Positions 51,209 through 58,260 of a stretch of DNA of 64,000 nucleotides are shown one piece after another (positions within the stretch are counted from its first letter, which is position 1; each line of letters opens with the position of its first letter). The stretch is from Thermoproteota archaeon (lineage in GTDB: Archaea > Thermoproteota > Thermoprotei_A > Sulfolobales > NBVN01): contig JAUQPH010000007.1 in NCBI GenBank assembly GCA_030550455.1, positions 5,600 to 69,599 of the forward strand, in the 5' to 3' direction. Under the pieces are notes generated by a model. The model did not search any database and had not been told where the DNA came from. It saw only the letters and a program-made list of their open reading frames with translations. A program made the position numbers and the translations under genes.

Positions 51209-51607
51209 ATGCCGGTGAGAGACGAAGTACTCAACTGGTTAGCAGAAGCTCAAGCTGACCTCAGGCATGCTGAAATGAGTATTAGTACAGGAGGATACAA
51301 CTGGGCTTGTTTCATAGCTCAGCAAGCTGCTGAGAAAGCTCTGAAAGCCCTAGTACTCCACGTTCTAGGTGAGTACCCGCGGGGTCACGACCTCGTCAAG
51401 CTCTACCGTAGAGTCAAGGGCTCTACGGCTGTTTCACTTAGTGAGGTTGCACTCGCTAAGCTATCAGCGTACTACACTCTAGCTAGATACCCCAACGCTG
51501 GCTTAGAGAGACCTTCAGAGGAGATCTTGAGAGAACACGCCGAGGAAGCCGTTTCGATCGCCAGAGGTGTACTGGATGAGGTCTCAAAGGCTATTCAAGA
51601 CCCATAG
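51209..51607 (+). CDS. HEPN-domain protein (second HEPN-MNT pair)
   Basis: 132 aa with WACFIAQQAAEKALKAL, PRGHDL and LARYP. Confidence 0.8.
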   Translation: MPVRDEVLNWLAEAQADLRHAEMSISTGGYNWACFIAQQAAEKALKALVLHVLGEYPRGHDLVKLYRRVKGSTAVSLSEVALAKLSAYYTLARYPNAGLERPSEEILREHAEEAVSIARGVLDEVSKAIQDP

Positions 51608-51899
51608 TGACATTGTAGAGATCCTCGGGAGGCTGGCTAGAGAGATCAACGCCACGGTTTACCTGTTTGGAAGCTACGCTAGAGGTGATCACACGCTTGA
51701 AAGCGATGTTGACATAGTAGTTGTATGCGAGTGCTTCAAGAGCATGAACTACCCGAATAGAGTTGCGTTCGTGAGAACAAAACTACCACCCGACATCGGG
51801 TTCGACATAGTAGCCTTAACACCGGAGGAGTTCAAGAGTAGATCGAGCAAGGCGTTCTTCAGAGACGTATCAAAGCACTGGGTAGAGATAAAACCGTAA
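51567..51899 (+). CDS. Minimal nucleotidyltransferase (MNT)
   Basis: 110 aa with LFGSYARGDHTLESDVDIVVV. Overlaps the HEPN gene by 41 nt. Confidence 0.8.
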   Translation: MYWMRSQRLFKTHSDIVEILGRLAREINATVYLFGSYARGDHTLESDVDIVVVCECFKSMNYPNRVAFVRTKLPPDIGFDIVALTPEEFKSRSSKAFFRDVSKHWVEIKP

Positions 51900-52291
51900 A
51901 AGCACGCGGTCACCGGCCTACAGTCACCTCAAGTTTAAGGCTTTCTAGACGAAGAGTCCTCTGCAGCGATATGTACTCACTAGTTTGTAGACCTTGCTAA
52001 ACTTAATCACGTCAAGAGCTCTAAGCATTCTAGAGAGACCTACAAAAACCTAGCACACTAAAACAGTTGCGAACCCCTCTCCCTACCGTGCTTATCCACT
52101 ACGTACTGAAGTATCCTAGCTCTATCCTCTTTACCCAAAGCTTTTAGGTTCAGCCCATCGTACTAAGGCTTCACAGCCTCACTCCCAACATTTTCTCCTA
52201 GTATTATCGTACAGTAATATTAGTTAATCGTTTCACGGTGCTTGCGTGGGGTCTGAAACAATGACTTATAAACCATCACCACGCATGGGAG

Positions 52292-52347
52292 TGGCGCCGG
52301 GGGCGGGATTTGAACCCGCGCGGGGTGTTCCCCCACCGGCTTAGCAG
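52292..52347 (-). tRNA. 3' portion only of a class II tRNA (Ser-like, loop CUGCUAA = anticodon GCU). Probable att site.
   Basis: The reverse complement reads CTGCTAA-GCCGG-T-GGGGGAACACCCC(long variable arm)-GC-GCGGG-TTCAAAT-CCCGC-CCCCGGC-G-CCA. No 5' acceptor, D arm or 5' anticodon-stem strand lies upstream of it. Confidence 0.65.
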
Positions 52348-52384
52348 AGCGAAATCTAGTGAGGAAGTTACCCCTAATGACCGC

Positions 52385-52392
52385 TTTATAAA
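52385..52392. promoter_or_regulatory. Palindromic TATA box (TTTATAAA) between the tRNA fragment and the integrase
   Basis: Its first base is 42 nt upstream of the integrase ATG (52427). On the other strand its near edge is 37 nt upstream of the tRNA-like sequence. Confidence 0.4.
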
Positions 52393-52426
52393 CCCTGCGA
52401 CCCCTACCCATTACTATTGGGGTGCT

Positions 52427-53377
52427 ATGGCAACTCCCATGCTCAACGTACTCCGTATTAAAGATTCGGAAGGAAATATCGTCGTTGAGGTATCAAGTAG
52501 AAGAGATATTAAGTTGCTTGGGGAGCTCTTGAGGAGTCTGGGGGTAACTGTAGCCGGTGGTAAGCGTGAACGATTCATAGAGTTTAATGAGATGTTCATG
52601 GAGTACTTAATAAAGGATAGGGGGCAGCAGGAGAAGACAGCTAAGTGCTACATGAACTACCTTAGACGGCTTGACGGTAAGCCCCTAACCTACGGGACCT
52701 TCCTCGAGATATCTGGTAGTAGGTGGATGGTTAAGTGTGTGAGGCTGTATATAGACTTCCTCGAGAAATCCGGGGAGATATCCGAGGATGAGGCTGAGAG
52801 GCTTAGGAAGATATTTAAGATTAGAAGTGGTGCTAAGATCATTAAGAAATACCACATCGAATACAGCAAGATAATCGAAGTACTGGAGAGAGTTGAGGTA
52901 GGTACTCTCTACTGGCTAGTCTTAAGAGTACTCTACTTTAGTGGTGCTAGACTGAGTGAAGTAGTCAAGATGATCCAGGATTTTGATGAGAGAGAGCTAA
53001 CCTGCTTTCAAGACAGGGGCTTCTGCCGCTATTACCTAGTGTGGAGTAGGGGTAAGAAGAGGTGTGAGTGGATCTACTTCCCAGCAACACTTACTGAATA
53101 TCTCAAGATGTGGAGGGGGAAGATCGGGAAGTACGATACTGTGAGGGATACTCTCTACGACTACTACGGCGTTAAGGTGAAAGACTTTCGAAAGCTGTTC
53201 TATCGAGTATGTCGGGATGTAGGGGTTGAGGGAGCGATTTGCGACTTCTACCAATCAAGAATATCGGGTTTAAGCATAGGTGACCTACACTATGACGACA
53301 TAGTGACTCGAGCAGACAAGCAGTACACTGAGCTAGCCGCCCGACTGAGTAAACTACTAGAGAGGGGTAGTAGTTGA
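52427..53377 (+). CDS. int: Tyrosine recombinase / integrase (archaeal SSV- or pNOB8-like)
   Basis: Box I-like FSGARLSEVVKM, with C-terminal Tyr candidates in LHYDDIVTRADKQYTEL. It directly abuts a tRNA 3' fragment. The frame stays open upstream to 52265, across the tRNA fragment. Confidence 0.7.
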   Translation: MATPMLNVLRIKDSEGNIVVEVSSRRDIKLLGELLRSLGVTVAGGKRERFIEFNEMFMEYLIKDRGQQEKTAKCYMNYLRRLDGKPLTYGTFLEISGSRWMVKCVRLYIDFLEKSGEISEDEAERLRKIFKIRSGAKIIKKYHIEYSKIIEVLERVEVGTLYWLVLRVLYFSGARLSEVVKMIQDFDERELTCFQDRGFCRYYLVWSRGKKRCEWIYFPATLTEYLKMWRGKIGKYDTVRDTLYDYYGVKVKDFRKLFYRVCRDVGVEGAICDFYQSRISGLSIGDLHYDDIVTRADKQYTELAARLSKLLERGSS

Positions 53378-53378
53378 G

Positions 53379-53993
53379 ATGAGCACTAACTCCGGTAGGA
53401 CATACTCTAGAAAGTTTAGAGGTGTTTTAATGCCTGTAGTATGTAGATCTGGTGGTTTTACAGTCTTAGTGAAGCCGTATAACATATTTAATGTAGTCTT
53501 CGTACCGAAAGATGATGTATTACACTACTTCAGCATCTCCAACCCACGCAAGTGTTGTGAAGACATCTACTCAATTACTCCACCCTACGGCCGCGGGAGA
53601 CGCGACACGTTTTTCGGAAGCTATAGACTGGAGGTAGAGAGAATCCCGCTAGTAACTCTCGACAACATTGTCTTGAGGAAGAGCAGTACTCATCAGTGGT
53701 ACTCGAGGGGTTCTGTTAGAAGGGTGAACGTGTGGTTGGATTCGAAAGAGTTGCTGGATAGGGCTGTACCTATCGATAAGTCTTACTTAGCTCGGCTGAG
53801 GCTGAGATTACCCTGCTACGTGTACGGGTTAAGCATCTTCGGTAGGACGATCACGGTGGTATGGAATAATGAGGTGCGTAGTAGGTGGCACTATGCTGGA
53901 GCTGTAAGGTCTTGCAGGAACGTGAGGGTCTTCCTCCTCTACGACTACCTACCTATTATCGCAGAAGGTGGCTCTCCCGATGGTAAGATATAG
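53379..53993 (+). CDS. Element ORF, hypothetical (Arg/Tyr/Cys-rich)
   Basis: 204 aa. Starts 2 nt after the integrase stop. No recognisable domain. Contains RLRLPCYVYG. Confidence 0.5.
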   Translation: MSTNSGRTYSRKFRGVLMPVVCRSGGFTVLVKPYNIFNVVFVPKDDVLHYFSISNPRKCCEDIYSITPPYGRGRRDTFFGSYRLEVERIPLVTLDNIVLRKSSTHQWYSRGSVRRVNVWLDSKELLDRAVPIDKSYLARLRLRLPCYVYGLSIFGRTITVVWNNEVRSRWHYAGAVRSCRNVRVFLLYDYLPIIAEGGSPDGKI

Positions 53994-54672
53994 TCAGGAG
54001 ATGACGAATCTAGTCTACTTTAAAATTGAGAGGACGGATCCAGTAATTACTCGGCTAAGGGGTAGGAGGTACCACAGGACATACGGAATAGTGTTAAGTA
54101 GCTTTAGAGTAGTTGAAGTGTTAGTTCCACTAAACCTTCATGGTCAGATACCGCTAGATCGCGGTAAGTATGTCTACTTTACTAAGTGTAGTAATCAGTG
54201 GACAATAGTTAGGAAGCTATATAGAGTATGTGAGATACACGACGTAGAGTGTCTAGAGAAAGTAACTAGTAAGAAGAGTACCATACCGGATAGACTCTAC
54301 ATCAGACTAGCAACGTGGGAGGATATAAAACACTACATCCAGTGGAGTAAGATACCCTACCTACTAAGGGAGAACCAACTACGAGACCTATACCTACTAG
54401 TACTATACTACAATAAAGGAAGAGGAATCGGGAGATACAAACTCGACATAGACCTCATATACGTACCACGAAACTGCGCACTCAAATTCGTCGAAACCGA
54501 GCAAAACATGTTCATCGACGGCATATACTACTCCTACAACACCTACCTAGTCTTTACCAACATTCCATACGTCGGACTAACCTACAGCAAAGTAGTAAAA
54601 GCAATTAAGAAAGTAAAGAACTGCTGGCGAACCATGAGAAGCAACCCCAATAGAAAGACCTCTTTGAACTGA
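53968..54672 (+). CDS. Element ORF, hypothetical
   Basis: 234 aa overlapping the previous ORF. Basic and Tyr-rich, with no recognisable domain. Confidence 0.5.
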   Translation: MALPMVRYSQEMTNLVYFKIERTDPVITRLRGRRYHRTYGIVLSSFRVVEVLVPLNLHGQIPLDRGKYVYFTKCSNQWTIVRKLYRVCEIHDVECLEKVTSKKSTIPDRLYIRLATWEDIKHYIQWSKIPYLLRENQLRDLYLLVLYYNKGRGIGRYKLDIDLIYVPRNCALKFVETEQNMFIDGIYYSYNTYLVFTNIPYVGLTYSKVVKAIKKVKNCWRTMRSNPNRKTSLN

Positions 54673-54905
54673 TGAGAGGCGATCTAATGAAGGTCTTTGA
54701 ACTGATTAAAACAGCTAAAACCACAAACACAAATCAACAACCAAACCCCTACAAAAACGTGGTGGGGTTTGGATTCGTAGGTGTTAGTAGTGTTTTATTG
54801 AGTGTGAGTATAGATATAATATTAATCTATAATATAATAATAATATTTGTAAACATAATTGTAATAAATGAGTTCATGAGGCTCTGCGGGCTTCGGGCTA
54901 CCTAG
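54672..54905 (+). CDS. Small hydrophobic ORF (doubtful coding)
   Basis: 77 aa. The hydrophobic Ile/Asn-rich half is encoded by an extremely AT-rich tract (54809-54872) that could instead be a promoter or an unwinding element. Confidence 0.3.
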   Translation: MRGDLMKVFELIKTAKTTNTNQQPNPYKNVVGFGFVGVSSVLLSVSIDIILIYNIIIIFVNIIVINEFMRLCGLRAT

Positions 54906-54918
54906 GGGGGTTGTTTGT

Positions 54919-55899
54919 ATGGTTAAAGTTCATCGGTTGGTGAGTATTAGGCCTAACATAGTTGGGTGTTGGGAGGCTGATAGTAGTTATATAGCTTCCA
55001 AGCTACGTAGTTCGGAGAAGCTCTACTTCTGCTTTAGAGAAGACTATAGAGTTGTAGTATTGAAGAGAAAGCCTAAGTATATAGTTCCTACTAAGGTGTA
55101 CCCACCTAAAGACCTGTGTATCTCATCGCCTGTAACAAGTAGTTCTATAGGTTTCCTTCAGAAGCTTAAGCTACCCTGTTACATACACGCTCCATGCATC
55201 TGCTTCTGCTATCAGGAGGAAGGTCAAACTCCATCCACTAGACTATGCGATGAAGAAGGCAACTGCCATTACGAGCCGCAGGATCTGTACTGCGAATACG
55301 TCAACGCATATGACCTCGTGAACATACTTATCTACCCAACCAATATAGTGAGGAACATCAAGATCTACAGATACTTCGTGACTATAGGTGAGTCTAAAGC
55401 ATACGTCGCACCTTACCCTCTAACTATGAACATGAGTATTGCGTTTGAGTATGTGCTTAAGTCAAGTAGGGGAGAGCTCGAAGACTACTATAAGAAGTTG
55501 TTGAAAAAATACGGTGGTAACATACCCGACGCAGTAAACTTCTTCGGTAGCTACCTACCGATCGATGCCTCAGTAGTATACCCCGAAGGCGTTCCCGAAG
55601 GTGTTGAACTATACATGAACCGATACGTCTTCGTCAATCCCTGCTCGAAGACACTAGCATTCAATTTCTACCCCATAGGGTCGAACAAGTTTCACGCAGT
55701 AGTAATTGCGTGGTTCGACTCTGATGATAGAGCTTATAGAGTAGCTAGAGTAGCTTGGGAGATAAGGAAGGATGTAACAGTACCCTACCTCCAATTCCTT
55801 AGGAAGGTGAGGAGAGGTAGAGACTTCATTAGCTCACAGCTACTCACATCTGTGGAAGACCTACTCGACCTAGGCGAGTCTAATGACGAGGAGTTCTAG
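54919..55899 (+). CDS. Element ORF, hypothetical Cys-rich protein
   Basis: 326 aa with the Cys cluster KLKLPCYIHAPCICFCYQEEGQTPSTRLCDEEGNCHYEPQDLYC and an acidic C-terminus. Confidence 0.55.
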   Translation: MVKVHRLVSIRPNIVGCWEADSSYIASKLRSSEKLYFCFREDYRVVVLKRKPKYIVPTKVYPPKDLCISSPVTSSSIGFLQKLKLPCYIHAPCICFCYQEEGQTPSTRLCDEEGNCHYEPQDLYCEYVNAYDLVNILIYPTNIVRNIKIYRYFVTIGESKAYVAPYPLTMNMSIAFEYVLKSSRGELEDYYKKLLKKYGGNIPDAVNFFGSYLPIDASVVYPEGVPEGVELYMNRYVFVNPCSKTLAFNFYPIGSNKFHAVVIAWFDSDDRAYRVARVAWEIRKDVTVPYLQFLRKVRRGRDFISSQLLTSVEDLLDLGESNDEEF

Positions 55900-55945
55900 A
55901 TAGGGAGAACCGCATGCTTTATATGTACATTACGCAACAAATATA

Positions 55946-56473
55946 TTGGGTGAGAGAGTGAGTACAACCCCCGTAAGCTTTTCAAGTGCGGCACCTATAT
56001 CTAGTATACTCAGACCTGCCTTCAGCGGAGTTCCAAACGCTAAAGCTCTCGTTAAGTACATCATCTCCGTAATCTCGGCAATCAAGCACGGAGGTCATAA
56101 AGTGAGGTTCTACGTAACTGGAGATATAGCGGTTGCGATTAGACCAGCACTCGAGAGGTTAGGTGTTAAGCTCCTACCAGCTCAAGAGTTAAAGCCACCC
56201 TACGTCCTCTTCAAGCTCGAAGACGGGGAGGTCGTTGTTGAGGCTTCAGACGGGGAAGAGGAGTATACCGTAGGTAAGGTGAGTTCCTATGAGTTCATAG
56301 GCTACCTATACGAAACCGTACTCGAGAGACTATACCCCCGTAAGAAGATCACACTAGAGATAGGTGGAGACGAGGGTAGAGAGGGGGAAGGCGAAGAAGA
56401 TGAAGAAGTCATCTACATAGACGAGTACTTTAAGGAAGAAGCAGCAGGATCTCGAGGTAGTGATAAGCACTAG
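55946..56473 (+). CDS. Element ORF, hypothetical with an acidic tail
   Basis: 175 aa with the C-terminal GGDEGREGEGEEDEEVIYIDEYFKEE. Confidence 0.45.
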   Translation: MGERVSTTPVSFSSAAPISSILRPAFSGVPNAKALVKYIISVISAIKHGGHKVRFYVTGDIAVAIRPALERLGVKLLPAQELKPPYVLFKLEDGEVVVEASDGEEEYTVGKVSSYEFIGYLYETVLERLYPRKKITLEIGGDEGREGEGEEDEEVIYIDEYFKEEAAGSRGSDKH

Positions 56474-57084
56474 CTAGACCGCTTATCTGTCGAGGACTCG
56501 TAGCGTGAGGTCGAGGGCTTATAGCGTGGGCAGGCTACACAGAGAAGTGGTTGCTCACTAACCTTCAGGTAGTACACACCACCTACCTCCTCAACACTCA
56601 GCTGAGATATCTCTTCACTCAGCCTCATTACCCCACACAAACCCTTCTCATTCACGTGAACACAGGAGTACTTTCCCTTAACCCTCATCTTAGCAAACTT
56701 TCTGAGAGTGTCAATCTCACGCTCTATAGCAGAAACCCTCCTATGGAGCTCTAACACAGCATCCTGCAAGTTCCCGTGGCCTAACCTCTTAATACTGCCC
56801 AACCGATCCTCTAGCTCCTTAACTTGAGCTAAGAGCCTATCGACCCGACCAAACAAGTCAGCAAACTGCTTTACCCTAGACCTAACCTCTGAGTACCCGG
56901 AGAGAAGCTCCCAAACCTTATACGTACTACAGCCAAGAACTTCAGCAATCTGCCTATACGTATACCCTTTCTCCCTTAACTCAACAGCTTTCTCCCTCAA
57001 CACAGCATCGTCGTACCTCCTCCTAGGCACACAACCACCCAATAACACAGACGCATACGTTATATAAAAATTATTATAAAACAC
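56470..57084 (-). CDS. HTH DNA-binding protein with coiled-coil and Cys-containing C-terminal domains
   Basis: KGYTYRQIAEVLGCSTYKVWELL (HTH), a heptad-like LLAQVKELEDRLGSI...AIEREIDTLRKF, then C..C....C..C. The first ~9 codons are TATA-like (TTTTATAATAATTTTTATATA), so the true start is probably downstream, for example the GTG near 57027. Confidence 0.55.
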   Translation of the reverse strand: MFYNNFYITYASVLLGGCVPRRRYDDAVLREKAVELREKGYTYRQIAEVLGCSTYKVWELLSGYSEVRSRVKQFADLFGRVDRLLAQVKELEDRLGSIKRLGHGNLQDAVLELHRRVSAIEREIDTLRKFAKMRVKGKYSCVHVNEKGLCGVMRLSEEISQLSVEEVGGVYYLKVSEQPLLCVACPRYKPSTSRYESSTDKRSS

Positions 57085-57256
57085 TCATCACACATAGCAC
57101 TATCCGCAGGAGTGAAACAGCGGAGAGGCGGTTATGTGTGGTTTTTTTTGGGTGGTCTCCTCGGTTTTGCGGGTTTGTGCGTGGGTTTGATTGTGTGTTT
57201 CTGCACGTGAGTTACTACCGGTTCTTACGTTAGTCTTTCTTGCTGTTCTTCATGGA

Positions 57257-57319
57257 GTTTTCACAGGTTTTCACACTCGGTTATGCGCGACGTGTACAAT
57301 TCCTTCATAAGTCCTTCAT
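57257..57319 (+). repeat. Short tandem direct repeats (iteron-like)
   Basis: GTTTTCACAG/GTTTTCACAC at 57257-57276. TCCTTCAT occurs twice, at 57301-57308 and 57312-57319. Confidence 0.5.
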
Positions 57320-57767
57320 GCTGTCTTCCTTGGGATTTAAGGAGGTCTTATAGAGGATTTAGTGGTTGGAGTCCGGTGTACTGTACGAGCCTCTGAGAAG
57401 TTTCCTCGAGGTGTACAGTACAGCCGGGTCTACATGATCCAGTCGAGAACGCGGTGATATGTGGAAGCTGTTTGGTTTGTTTTATAACAACTGAGGTAAT
57501 GCGTAGGAATCGGGGTCGAGGTTGAAGGTAGCGAGGTACTTCAAGACGTGGGTAGCCGTGCTTGTCTCGCTTTCCCTGACTCTAGCTACTCTACGGATCG
57601 CGGCAGCTTCTAGCGCTCTCCACTATGCGCTAACCGATGTTCTCGATAGAGCTCTGCGACTCCTCAGCGCTACATCGTTAGCCCCCCTGCTGTTGAGTGG
57701 TACTGAACCAAGTGGTTGGTGAAAGAGCTTGGCTACCAACTCCCGAATCAGCAAACCTAACGAACTC

Positions 57768-57868
57768 ACTGGAAATTTCCAGTAGCTGGAAGCTATCCAC
57801 GTAAGAGAATGAGGGGGTTCTGATGGACTGACCACCATCAACTTTCCAGTAACTGGAAAGTTTCCAGT
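57768..57868. promoter_or_regulatory. Cluster of TTCCAGT half-site palindromes (ORB-like protein-binding array)
   Basis: ACTGGAAATTTCCAGT is a perfect 16-nt palindrome at 57768-57783, followed by AGCTGGAAGC. CTTTCCAGTAACTGGAAAGTTTCCAGT lies at 57842-57868. Further sites are GTTCCAGTGG at 58371-58380 and ACTTTCCAG at 58391-58399. Confidence 0.55.
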
Positions 57869-57954
57869 CTGGCGATAAGCAGAAGGCTGGCGTCGAGTAG
57901 AACCACAGCAGGACCTCAGTCGAGAAAAGAGAGTGAGTAGAGGACAAAGTATTT

Positions 57955-58260
57955 GGGGGTTTGGATTTTATGTGGATTAATGTAGTTTGATGCCAACCCC
58001 TAGCTTCACAAACCTAGGGCACCTTTCATCGGCATCCGCACCATCGGTCTCCACCCATTCAGGGTAACCCTAACCCGCAGCTCACCCTCATATGGTTCAG
58101 GTTCACAGCCGTGGAGAAACCCCCATCCTGGCGTTGGATGCCCCTACCCACTCAGGTCTCCACCACAAACCCGCATCGCGGACGGGCTCATCATCTCACG
58201 GTAACACAACTTACATCAAACCCTACAAACCTTCATGAAACCCGAAACAGCTGCGCGAGG
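57955..58260 (+). repeat. Dispersed repeat family, copy 5 (subfamily B)
   Basis: Starts GGGGTTTGG and ends GAAACAGCTGCGCGAGG. Aligns with the reverse complement of 21450-21725. Confidence 0.7.

Larger units (their letters stand above)
52292..57500 (+). mobile_element. Integrated element (provirus or plasmid-like). The right boundary is undetermined.
   Basis: The order is tRNA 3' fragment, integrase, five co-oriented tightly packed orphan ORFs, a convergent HTH gene, then a short-direct-repeat region. No second att copy was found up to 64000. Confidence 0.5.

Noticed and set aside
52292-52420. A complete tRNA gene at the integrase junction, including a mini-helix reading using GCCGGTG as the 5' acceptor strand
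   Set aside because: Upstream of the anticodon loop there is no D arm, no 5' anticodon-stem strand complementary to GCCGG, and no GCCGGGG acceptor strand. Only the 3' portion is tRNA-like.
16680-58260. Whether the dispersed repeats could be a CRISPR array
   Set aside because: The units are about 270 bp, lie kilobases apart and occur in both orientations. No 25-40 bp regularly spaced repeats or cas genes were seen anywhere in the window.
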